From Octopus bimaculoides (lineage: Eukaryota), in contig NC_068988.1 of NCBI RefSeq assembly GCF_001194135.2, positions 43,696,891 to 43,760,890 of the forward strand: 64,000 nt of DNA, in the 5' to 3' direction. This document shows positions 12,783 through 23,990 of this stretch, one piece after another. Position 1 is the first letter of the stretch. Each line of letters starts with the position of its first letter. The position numbers and the translations under genes were made by a program. A model generated the notes under the pieces. That model was given only the letters and a program-made list of their open reading frames with translations. It ran no database searches and was not told the origin of the DNA.

Positions 12783-13650
12783 ATTTCCCCTGTATCTAAC
12801 GAGGAATGCTACAGGTACCGAGGGGTGGATGAAAATATATCTTACAATGACACCTGTAACAAAACACGTGTCACTAAAGAATATTACGGCCGAATAAAGA
12901 TAATTTGGACCTCAGAACTCTCTGCATTCAACAAAACAGTGGCTCACAATGTGTTTGTAGTGCCAATACTTATAGCAACATTTGGGCTGCTTGATTGGAC
13001 GCTTGATGAGATCCGAACCATTGATGCGAAAACCCGAAAAATACTAACAAGCACACATAATTTCCACATAAACAGTGACGTAGACCACCTCTACCTAAAT
13101 CGAAAACAAGGCGGTAGAGGCTTAACATCGATCCAAAATGCCTTTGAATGTAACATCATATCCCTTCGGCAACATCTTTTAACCACGAAGTGTCGAAGTG
13201 CATCCCTTGACCAAGTTTGTATACATGAAGGTGATAACATCATAAGATTTGGAAGGCAGCTCCGAGCAACACTCTTTGTCTGATAACCTAGAATACATGC
13301 CCAAAGAAGTCGCACGACTCTACCGCAACATATTATCAGATGAAAAGATGAGCCTACATGAGCAGAAGACTATGCATGGATATGTTAGTAGAAAGCTCCG
13401 TGATGATAGAAACATCGATCCTCAAAGTAGTTTATTATGGACCAATAGCCGGATTATTACCTCCCACTTTGAAGGGTATGCGTTTGCAATCCAAGAACAG
13501 GAAATATCAACCAAGTACCTGATGCACAAAAAGGATGCAGAAAAAGCCGTAAAATGTGACATCCAATACAGACATTAAGGAGTTCACACTGAAGATATCA
13601 CCCACATCATAAGCAGTTGTCCGAAAATGTCATCACAGTATTATCTACCT
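12783..13650 (+). mobile_element. R4/Dong-like RLE retrotransposon, (CATA)n family (copy B), 3' part cut at a SINE
   Basis: ISPVSNEECYRYRGVDENISY...KEYYGRIKIIWTSELSAFNK...DVDHLYLNRKQGGRGL...HFEGYAFAIQEQEISTKYL...THIISSC. Begins immediately in the (CATA)n tail of copy A. Confidence 0.9.
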
Positions 13651-13846
13651 ATTCAGCGTGACAGAATGTAACAAGGCTGGCTCTTAAAATTAATTACAAG
13701 TACAACTCATATTTTGCTGGATGTGTGGACTGAAGTAACATGATATAAAGTGTCTTGCTCAAGGACACAACACGCCGCCTGGGATCGAACTCACGACGTT
13801 ACAACCATGAGCCTAATACCTTAACCACTTAGCCAGGCGCTTTCAC
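13651..13846 (-). mobile_element. tRNA-derived SINE (family B/C head), 3'-truncated
   Basis: Minus-strand head ggctaagtggttaagg...gagttcgatccc (A and B boxes). Body shared with 62803-63113. Confidence 0.75.
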
Positions 13847-13902
13847 GGAAGAAAACACGCGCGTACGCACTCACACACGCACATACACACATACATATAT
13901 AC

Positions 13903-14297
13903 GTTGTTGTTGTTGTTGTTGTTGTTGGCACTCCGTCGCTTACGACGTCGAGGGTTCCAGTTGATCCGATCAACGGAACAGCCTGCTCGTGAAATTAACG
14001 TGCAAGTGGCTGAACACTCCACAGACACGTGTACCCTTAACGTAGTTCTCAGGGATATTCAGCGTGACGCAGTGTGACAAGGCTGGCTCTTTGAATTACA
14101 GGCACAACAGGAAGTAAGAGTGAGAGAAAGTTGTGGCGAAAGAGTACAGCAGGGTTCGCCACCATCCCCTGCCGGAGCCTCGTGGAGCTTTAAGTGTTTT
14201 CGCTCAATAAACACTCACAACGCCCGGTCTGGGAATCGAAACCGCGATCCTATGACCGCGAGTCCGCTGCCCTAACCACTGGGCCATTGCGCCTCCA
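13903..14297 (-). mobile_element. tRNA-derived SINE, family B, full length with (CAA)n tail
   Basis: Head tggcccagtggttagg...ggtttcgattccc and 3' end gatcggatcaactggaaccctcgacgtcgtaagcgacggagtgcca(aca)n. Second copy at 21431-21737. Confidence 0.9.
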
Positions 14298-15659
14298 CAT
14301 ATATATATATACATACACAAAAATACAGACATACATAAAACACACTGAGACATGCATACACACAAAAAGACAGTAAAAAATTTTAATATTCGTTTGTATA
14401 ATTGTAGTTCACTATCTTGATTTATTAAATAATAAATACAATCAGTTCTCTGTTGTTGTTATCGTGAAATCAAGCTATTCGCCTAAATTAACTATTCGTT
14501 TCATCAAACGTACAGATATGTGTTTGAAGCAATATGAAAGCGAGACTCTTTAATAACAGAAATGAACTAACTTCAATGTCACTTACACCATGGACAAAAA
14601 CGACATGTTAAATCATAAAACATGGGATGATTTTCGACATAATAATGTAGTAATACTTGGTTTGGAGTGCTGTAAATAGATTAAAATAAAATAAAGATGA
14701 ACCGTGTGAAAGAAAATAGATTAATAGAAGATGGAAATAAACTGTCTTACACACAGAATTGAAATTGAAAAAAATAATAAAATAAAATACATAGAAATGC
14801 AAAACAATGAAAGAGAATGGAAAATGGATGCTGGTAATTGAATTCTAATTGAAAAATAAGCAAATAACAACTAAATGAAGCAGACGAGAGAGAAATTACT
14901 CTGCTAAACTTGACACTTGTCAAAACAAATTTTGTTGAAAGATCTCCAAAACCAGCCAGTTTCTCATTTACAGAGACATTGGTACATCTCTCTCTCTCTC
15001 TCTTCCTCTCTCTCCCACTCTCACTCACTCACTCACTCACTCACTAATTCACTCACTCACTCACTCACTCAATCATTCATTCACTCACTCATTCTCCTCT
15101 CTCTCTCTTTCTCTGAATTTACGCACGCACACATATATGTATGTTTTATGCAATTGGCTCATTAACTGAATGGCTATAGGTGCTTGTTATATGCGTACAT
15201 ACATACACACACGCAAACACGTATTCACATATATACGGACATGTGTGTGCATGTGCACACACTCACACACATATATATCCTCGCGCGCGCGCACATACAC
15301 ACAGACAGAAAGAAAGAAAAGGGAGGACGAATAAAAATGCATGTGTGTGTGTGTGTGTGTATCTGTGTGTATGAATGAAGGAAGGTGGGAGAGAAGGGAG
15401 AGTGAGAGGGGAGAGGGGGAAGGAGATCCCCGTTTCTGTATGTAAGTCTAATACTATGACCTTCTACCAAAATATCAATCGACTGCAACATTATTAAATG
15501 GATGTAACGAACAGTGTTTCTCTCAGCTCCAAAGATGCGATTAAAGACATATCCTTGGAGAAACAGCACCAGTCAAATGGTTACTAATAAACTAAAGCAA
15601 TCTGCACACAAAGAGTTCATTAACCGGTTACTTTTGTCAATATTTAGTAAGAAAACGAC

Positions 15660-15880
15660 GGAAAGCTGGCAGAATCGTTAGCATGCCCAACAAAATGCTT
15701 AGCGGCACTTCATCCGTCTTTACGTTCTGCGTTCGAAGGCTAACGAGGTTGACTTTGCCTTTCATCCTTTCTGAGTTGATAAAATAAGTACCAGTTGAGC
15801 ACTGGAGTCGATGTAATCTTGACTACATCATCTCCCGAACTTACTTGCCTTGTGTCAAAAATTGAAAGTAATATTTAATA
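15660..15880 (+). mobile_element. Family D SINE (tRNA-like head, ATT tail)
   Basis: agctggcagaatcgttagc...gactttgcctttcatcc...agtaccagttgagcactgg is shared by more than 15 copies or fragments in the window. Confidence 0.85.
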
Positions 15881-15959
15881 AGAAAATGTGCGATGGTTTT
15901 TATCGACTGATGAGCTGTGGGAAAAACTCAGGAAAGAGAACACCAACTTATTGTGATAT

Positions 15960-16480
15960 CATCTTCATCATTATCATGTTCGTTGCTCAAACGAGGAGCA
16001 TCTAGTCATCCTTAATAATGGCTGATGACTTGTGCGGTGACTTTGTTCAGAGTGAAGTAGATTTGCGTGCCATCAGCCTCAATCTCTCGTCCGCAACAAT
16101 CTTCAATCCAGTGGTAAAATCAGGTCACGATGACAGGGGATGGATTTGGATGCAGTAGATGACCAGGATGTTTTACTTGCATCACCTTGCTCTCTGCATT
16201 CCACAGAGCGTTGCTGCAGCTGTCTTTTTGTCTGTTGAACTGTGAAGGTTTCTTCCACATTGTCCGCTGGATTCAGTCCTCACATACATTACTCCGTGTC
16301 AGAGTAGACGTGGAAACAAAGTAGCTAAGAGGTGGTCCCATGCAGCTGAAAACTGTGATATTACAGACTGGATGATTGACCCTGTGACTTGCTAGTCAAC
16401 TCAGTGATCCAGAAGATCTCGATGTCGCATCTATTGTATTTCGTTAGGAGGTTCGTTTTAAACCTAGATGGTCAAGTGTC
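15960..16480 (-). mobile_element. RTE-like LINE 3' end (decayed ORF end and 3' UTR)
   Basis: Homologous to 32400-32672 (aaaatcaggtcacga...ttgctctctgcattccacag...gaaggtttcttcc). Minus frame reads SRFKTNLL...CDIEI.W, then QCGRNLHS, then a short GAT-type tail. Confidence 0.5.
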
Positions 16481-16554
16481 TACTAACAGCACTTCGAGCA
16501 GAACTAAATCTTGTGTGTAAAATTTAGCAAAAGGAGACAATAGAACCCGATTCA

Positions 16555-16710
16555 TCGTAGTGGTTAAGAAGCTCGCTGTGCAATTGCATTGTTTCGGGTT
16601 CAGTTCCACCGCGCGACGTCTTGGCAACTGCCTTCTGACATAGCCCCAGGCTTACCAATACTTTCTGAACTTATTTGGTCGAGGGAAAATATATGGACGC
16701 CCTAAGTACT
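16555..16710 (+). mobile_element. Diverged family A SINE head
   Basis: gtggttaagaagctcgct...gggttcagttccac matches the family A head. Confidence 0.55.
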
Positions 16711-17044
16711 CTACTGGTACCAGCCGAGTACCGCTTAAGCGCTCTCTCTCACTCTGTATGTATGTATGTATGTATGTATGTATGTATGTAGATGGATTGA
16801 TAGATATTTACTTATATAATTGTAAGTGCCACACTCTAGATATTCTGTTGGGTCAAGTGTTGGACAGCTGAAAGAGTGTTTATGCCTGCTTACAACTACT
16901 TAGGTACATAAAACAATTATGAAATGCATGGTAGGTGCCACTAAATCATACTCGCTTGCAAGTGACGGCTGTAGTTTAGTGTATTATCTATGCCACAGCG
17001 AAAATATTTATAATTATAATTAAACGTTGAAATGTTTTATGAGT

Positions 17045-17096
<52 letters not shown>

Positions 17097-17505
17097 GTGA
17101 CATACACACACATACATACACACACATACATATACACACATACATACACACACATACATACACACACATACATACACACACACACATATAAAATTATTTC
17201 AACGCTTTTAAATCATGCTGCGCTGTGCAATATGCTGTTTAATAAGAAACCAACAAAAGAACAAATATGCACATACAGATAACAGTGATAGTCTAATTTA
17301 TGATTGCTTTGTATAATAGATAAACATTGTATACTGAAGAAAGACACCACGGACAACTCTGTTAAAGAGTGGTGAACAAGCTGTGAAACAGTCCGTCAGA
17401 AGGCTTTCCCTTTTCCTTGAATGTAGTATCGTATTCCTTTTCGCTTATTAACTATGATGACAGCATATATACATACATACACAAATGTGTGTGCGCGCGC
17501 GCGCG

Positions 17506-17548
<43 letters not shown>

Positions 17549-18119
17549 AAACTATGTGTACTAATTACACTATTTAGCGTTTGCATATGTTCTTATTAGC
17601 TTTAAGTATCATGTTATTGCATTAAATATTTATCCATATGATTATTTTAACAGCTTATTCCATAAGATAATCATCAATTCTATTTCTAATGTTGATATCA
17701 GTGACTACAACAAACTAGCAAAGTTTTTGCGCAGCAAACTGTACATAATCTTGGTCATAACTATTTCAGTACCACACCGTTTTCTACTGTACAAAAACAC
17801 ACTTAGGTTTCTCTGTAAGGCCGTTTTGGGAATATCTTATAATTATTCACTATACCCCTAATAGATTGGATTTGGAAAATTTGTGCTTGCATCTTTTACA
17901 CTTTCTTCGAAAAAGCTATGATGTATGTACGAATGTATGTATGTATGCATGCATAACACTCATATATACATATGTATGTAGGTGTGTAATATTGATCTAC
18001 AATGTGCGGGAAATTACCAAACGAAGTAGCGCTTGATGATCAATCTAGGTAAACGTCCATGCTTGCAAATACGCACATGTGTGTGTGTGTAGGGGTGGGG
18101 GGTGCGTGTGTGTGTGTGT

Positions 18120-18185
<66 letters not shown>

Positions 18186-18871
18186 CTGTGTGTGTGCAGG
18201 ATGTGTCGTGTGAAGTTCGCAATTATTTGCAAGAGTCTTTCTGTTATTCCTCTTATATATCATTGTATCAATTATGGCTCGAAATCTGATTCTTTACCCT
18301 TTTATTGAACTCTCTTCCTCAAATCATTATCTTCATAGTAACCATACAAATAATTAATATATACGCTTACAAACATACAAACATATGTACACACACACAC
18401 GGACGCTTGCGCGTGCGTACTCCAGTTCGCATATAAATGAATATATAAATGCACACGCATGTATATAAGTATGTATAGGATGGGATAGTTAATTGGACAA
18501 AAATATATGTAACTGCGTTTTCAGTTAAACTCCACAGTGTGTTCACTGAAACCCACGCCCTTCTCTTTTGATAAAAACACTAAACCCACTCTAAACTTAG
18601 TTGTCAAAGGTGTTAATTAGTCCTAGTTAATCCTTAAGATCAAATGAATTTTAGTTATAATTATGCTGATATTTTTCTGCTTTTTTATTGACATATAATT
18701 CAGATTGATATCAAATATATACTTCCTTTCGTAAAAGTCATCTCATGTGAGTATTTATATCTGTTTTGTGTGGCTATGCATTGTTTTTGAGTGGCTTCGG
18801 GTCAGCCTAAATAAATATATTATTGGTTTCAAATTTAGGCTCAAGGTTGGCAATTTCGAAGAAGGAGATAA

Positions 18872-19313
18872 CTCGAACAGCCACACGAGTTAAATTTTGG
18901 CTCTCATTTCTTGCAATTGTAGGTGCTATTTTGCGTAGTCATTTATTAATTTTACCTTTCTGGTAATATATTTAATAATATATTTAATATATCTTAATAT
19001 CTTAATATATTAATATAATATCTTATCGTATGTTACTATAAACTTTAACCATTTTGAATTTTAGAACTCGCTTTTCAACGGTTTTTTTTTCTCGTGGACG
19101 AATGGGAGGTAGGCTATCTCTTTTAACCCGGAGTAATCGTGGAAAATTCTGACGAGAAATAAGATCATACTGATCAAATTTCGAGATCATGCGATAAGAT
19201 TTTATCAAACTATTTTAGTCTGTGAGTGTATCTCACCAAAGAAGGATGTTCTGGCTTACTGCTCGCAGTCCCGAATATTTCATGAGGTTAGTGCTTTTGC
19301 GTGGCTGTTCGAG
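18872..19313. mobile_element. piggyBac-like MITE
   Basis: Perfect 13-bp TIR CTCGAACAGCCAC (18872-18884) and GTGGCTGTTCGAG (19301-19313). Flanks are ATAA and TTAA. Confidence 0.55.
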
Positions 19314-19399
19314 TTAAATTTCAACTTCGTTTAAATGAAGTTGAGCCAATTTTAATAAACTGACAGAATTTTATGTTTATTACCAGAACAAATGGAGTT

Positions 19400-19774
19400 A
19401 TAAATCTTCCGTCAAACTTTTATTGAAAATTTTCAGTATCTCTGCATTCTTCAAATCTCTCCTTACCATTGTGAAACGCGTATTAAAACATTTCAGGAGT
19501 TAGCTCTTGCACTGCTAACAGAATGTGTTCTTTAAGCTCAGCTAAATGATTGTTCCATCTTGGGGATGGGGGTAAAAAAAAAATGAGTGCTACCAAATTT
19601 AAAAAAAAAACTGTCATGAACAAATAAGAGGGGTCCAAACGAAATGAAAATAAACAAAATTCTAAATTTATACAATTTTAACACATATTAAACGGGATAA
19701 ACATGAATAAAAGAGAGTTTTTAAAAAATGCATGCGATTTCACTCAAATCATCATTAACTCTGAGACACCCTGT
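19400..19774 (-). mobile_element. Tc1/mariner-superfamily element, internally deleted
   Basis: Minus-strand end TA|CAGGGTGTCTCAGAG, typical of maT/rosa-type TIRs. Transposase C-terminus LAELKEHILLAVQELTPEMF*YAFHNGKERFEECR. Confidence 0.55.
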
Positions 19775-19809
19775 ATCTATTTGTCCGACTAAATGTGGGA
19801 AGGAACACA

Positions 19810-19887
19810 GGGCGGGGACTAATTGCAGGTGGCGAGCGTAGCTTTCGGAAGTGGTCACGCGGCTAAACTCAAATGACTGTGAGTCAT
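19810..19887. promoter_or_regulatory. Promoter-like motif cluster (GC box, ETS site, AP-1 site)
   Basis: GGGCGGGG at 19810-19817, CGGAAGTG at 19846-19853 and TGAGTCA at 19880-19886. Motif match only. Confidence 0.3.
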
Positions 19888-20429
19888 AACGGAATTTGTT
19901 TTGTTTTTTTCACATGAACATATTACATTATATAATTCAGACATGGATGACATAGAAAGCAGATATGCTGCAGGGTCATGCTGCGTTGCGCAGGATTGGA
20001 AATGTGAAACATCAACAGAGCACTTCTGGAGAATGGATGGATGGGTTTGCTATGTCTTTACCCAGCTGCACACGCGCACATGGCCCGGTGGTGCGCGTGA
20101 TGGTAACATGAAGCATCAGCAGGGCGCCGACAAACATTTTAATCTTCTCATTTCCTCTGCCAAATTGGACAAAAAGATTTTCATGAAATATTATACGCTA
20201 CTTATAATGCATAAGTAGTGTCAATATTTTATCGTCAGAAAAATAGCCTAAAACAAAGATAAAACCCAGTGCAGTATATTCAAATCTGATTAATCTGAAT
20301 TTTGGGGGCGTCGGAAATTTTTTTTAGTCAACAGCAATTCGTGGAGTCTGATTAATGTTTGTTGAAAATTTGGAGGAAAGCGACTGGATACTCTTCAAGT
20401 TATGGTCTTTAACGGTGCAAAAATGCTTT

Positions 20430-20630
20430 TAAAATGCAGTTTATCTGCCTCTGGGCCCGCATTAAGCAAAAAAGTTGAAAATATTTTTGGCCCATGACAC
20501 TCCATTGACTCAATGTAATGGATGTGTAAAATTTTATTAAAATCGGTTGGTGGATCTCGAGTTATAATGACATGACAAACACACACACCCAAACACACTC
20601 ACACACACACACTCACACACACACACACGC

Positions 20631-20662
<32 letters not shown>
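20430..20662 (+). mobile_element. Helitron/Helentron-type non-autonomous element core running into (CA)n
   Basis: aaattttattaaaatcggttggtggatctcgagttataatgacatgacaaacacacac resembles the aaatttcatcaaaatcggtt...microsatellite core of DINE-1/Lep1/MINE-like elements. Confidence 0.35.
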
Positions 20663-21430
20663 NNNNNNNNNNNNNNNNNNNNNNNNNNNNNNNNNNNNNN
20701 NNNNNNNNNNNNNNNNNNNNNNNNNNNNNNNNNNNNNNNNNNNNNNNNNNNNNNNNNNNNNNNNNNNNNNNNNNNNNNNNNNNNNNNNNNNNNNNNNNNN
20801 NNNNNNNNNNNNNNNNNNNNNNNNNNNNNNNNNNNNNNNNNNNNNNNNNNNNNNNNNNNNNNNNNNNNNNNNNNNNNNNNNNNNNNNNNNNNNNNNNNNN
20901 NNNNNNNNNNNNNNNNNNNNNNNNNNNNNNNNNNNNNNNNNNNNNNNNNNNNNNNNNNNNNNNNNNNNNNNNNNNNNNNNNNNNNNNNNNNNNNNNNNNN
21001 NNNNNNNNNNNNNNNNNNNNNNNNNNNNNNNNNNNNNNNNNNNNNNNNNNNNNNNNNNNNNNNNNNNNNNNNNNNNNNNNNNNNNNNNNNNNNNNNNNNN
21101 NNNNNNNNNNNNNNNNNNNNNNNNNNNNNNNNNNNNNNNNNNNNNNNNNNNNNNNNNNNNNNNNNNNNNNNNNNNNNNNNNNNNNNNNNNNNNNNNNNNN
21201 NNNNNNNNNNNNNNNNNNNNNNNNNNNNNNNNNNNNNNNNNNNNNNNNNNNNNNNNNNNNNNNNNNNNNNNNNNNNNNNNNNNNNNNNNNNNNNNNNNNN
21301 NNNNNNNNNNNNNNNNNNNNNNNNNNNNATATATGGGTACTATACATATAGATGTTACGTTGTTATTCCATCTTTTTATTTATATATACATATAGCGGCG
21401 TACGTACACTTTTTGCTCACCTTGTAAGTA

Positions 21431-21737
21431 TGTCGTGGCACTCCGTCGTTTACGACGATGAAGGTTCCAGTTGATCCGATCAACGTAACAGCCTACTCGT
21501 GAAATTAACGTGCAAGTGGATGAGCACTCCACAGACACGTATACACTTAACGTAGTTCTCGGGGAGATTCAGCGTGACACGGAGTGCGACAAGGCTGACC
21601 CTTTGAAATACAGGTACAACCCTGCCGGAATCCCGTGGAGCTTTAGGTATTTTCGCTCAATAAACGCACACAACGCCCGGTCTGCGAAACGAAATCGCGA
21701 TCCTATGACAGCGAGTCCATTGGGTCATTGGACCTCA
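21431..21737 (-). mobile_element. Family B SINE with internal deletion
   Basis: Colinear with 13903-14297 (ggcactccgtcg...tcgctcaataaacgcacacaacgcccggtc). Confidence 0.85.
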
Positions 21738-21779
21738 CAAGTAAGTATATATCAAAGTTCTGTACGACTTTTTTACTCC

Positions 21780-22022
21780 TTCTTTTAGTCCCCCTTTCTT
21801 TCCTCTTCTTTTTCTCGCTTTCTTTCTCTCGCATTTCTTGAAATTCTCTTTAATCTCTCTTCTTTCCTTCGTCATTTACCTTGTACCCTTCCCTCAGATC
21901 CTTCCCCTCTTTCTCTAGTTCCTTCCCTAATTCTTCAATTCCTCTGCCCCTACCCCTCTCTTTTCCTTCTACCTGACCGGTGTTCGGCCAAGCATGATCT
22001 CTCATTGTATCGTATATGCATG

Positions 22023-22113
<91 letters not shown>

Positions 22114-22790
22114 ATGATTATCTATATTGCAAAATATCAACCACATTCCGCGCTGTCGTATATATATCCCAAAAATGGAGCTTGAACACAACAGACAATA
22201 AAACACCCTGACAGATAGACGATACGAAGACAGACAAGAAAAACAATAAAAAGACGGACAGGACAAAACAAGGACGGGCCATTCATGACCTTCTCTCATC
22301 AGTCAAGTTTCGAGATTTTCCTTTCAGTTTAAAATTTGGCTGGTCCAAAAAATCTAAGCTAAGAGCATTTAGTATTTTGGGAAATAGCAAGCGAATTTGT
22401 ACGACAACAAAGACAACTTCACCCCATCCAAAACACCAAGGAAACGGAGAAAATGTTACTCAATTACAAAAACAAATAACAAGAAAATGACAGGTGTCTT
22501 TCGACTAATAGAGACGAATCGAGTTGAGCTGGCGAGTGTGGAGTGAAAGCCTTCAGGCAGGAACGTAGATAAACATAAAAGATGAACGTCAGGTAGTCGG
22601 GTCAAGAAAGAAAGATCATGCTTGGCCGAACACCAGTCATGTGGAAAGAAAGGTGAGAAGTAGGAGCAGAGGGATTTATGAATTAAGGGAGAAAGAAAGG
22701 GACAGAGAGAAGGTACAAGGGAGATAAACGATGAAAAATAAGTAGGTTAAAGAAAGAGAAGGTTAAGAAATGTGAGAGAGAGGGAGCGAG
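21780..22790. repeat. Diverged inverted repeat, about 200-bp arms around a roughly 600-bp spacer
   Basis: 21974-22000 and 22613-22639 are 26/27 reverse complementary. The outer CT-rich and GA-rich tracts also align (ccttgtacc / ggtacaagg). Confidence 0.7.
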
Positions 22791-23147
22791 AACCAAGCTC
22801 TAAATTTAAAATGAAGCTCGTTTCAATTGTTAACATTGTTTAATAATTTAAAAGATTGGGATTAATTTCTCTCGCTTTTTACTCGTGGAATTTCATTTTG
22901 CGCACGCAAATACAAACAGAAACACGTGCACGGACAATCACATGTGTGTGTGGGCGTGTTGTGTTTATAAAGTAGCTGATAAATTTTGTAATAATTGAAT
23001 CCTTGAGAAAGTGTACTTATATTGAAACAACTTTACGTCTTTAAGGTAATGCGTAATACAAAATTATATTTCGTAAATTTTAAAGTATTGAGTTGAATTT
23101 TTTAATTTTATCCATATACATGTACATATATACATACGTACATACAT

Positions 23148-23178
<31 letters not shown>

Positions 23179-23564
23179 NNNNNNNNNNNNNNNNNNNNNN
23201 NNNNNNNNNNNNNNNNNNNNNNNNNNNNNNNNNNNNNNNNNNNNNNNNNNNNNNNNNNNNNNNNNNNNNNNNNNNNNNNNNNNNNNNNNNNNNNNNNNNN
23301 NNNNNNNNNNNNNNNNNNNNNNNNNNNNNNNNNNNNNNNNNNNNNNNNNNNNNNNNNNNNNNNNNNNNNNNNNNNNNNNNNNNNNNNNNNNNNNNNNNNN
23401 NNNNNNNNNNNNNNNNNNNNNNNNNNNNNNNNNNNNNNNNNNNNNNNNNNNNNNNNNNNNNNNNNNNNNNNNNNNNNNNNNNNATATATACATACATACA
23501 TACATGCATACATATATACGTGCATACATATATACGTGCATGCATACATATACATACACACATA

Positions 23565-23990
23565 CAGCGCTGGATTAACCATTAAGCAAAATAAGCACGT
23601 GCTTAGGGCATCAAGGGAAGGAGAGGACACTACAGAAATGGTAAATGGTTTACGGCACAAAAGAAATCACTTAAAGTTTGCTAAAATTATATACGGGATG
23701 TTTTTATCTCTACTAAGTATAAATGCAAATGTGTTACTTAAGATTAATTTTGAGGATCTGATCAAAGACTTTGCAATTCAAGAAAGTAGGAGGAAACTTT
23801 TCAAATATAAATAAAGTGGAAGTATACAAAAATAAACATTGTTTTCCCTCTTACTGTTTTGTTTCCTTTTGAAAAATAAAAATTTATTAAATGGTTTATT
23901 ATTGTTTATATTTTGAATTACATAATCTTTTATGGGGGCACCAAAATCTTTAAAGTGCTTAGGGCCTTAATGGGTCTTAATCCGGCACTG
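23565..23990 (+). mobile_element. hAT-superfamily internally deleted element (MITE)
   Basis: TIRs CAGCGCTGGATTAA and TTAATCCGGCACTG; 8-bp flanks cacacata/cacacaca. Internal remnant of the hAT dimerisation C-terminus, LSLLSINANVLLKINFEDLIKDFAIQESRRK. Confidence 0.8.

Noticed and set aside
14215-14297. tRNA-like sequence (also at 13780-13846, 59790-59866 and 63050-63113)
   Set aside because: A and B boxes are present, but there is no complete cloverleaf and each continues into a SINE body. These are SINE heads, and the parental tRNA cannot be assigned reliably.
14880-15590. Short protein-like frames at 14880-14985 and 15497-15590
   Set aside because: No consistent acceptor/donor pair and no domain identity.
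15905-15960. CTGATGAG...GAAA hammerhead-like words (similar case at 17334-17400)
   Set aside because: No stem III/NUH/stem I arrangement could be formed.
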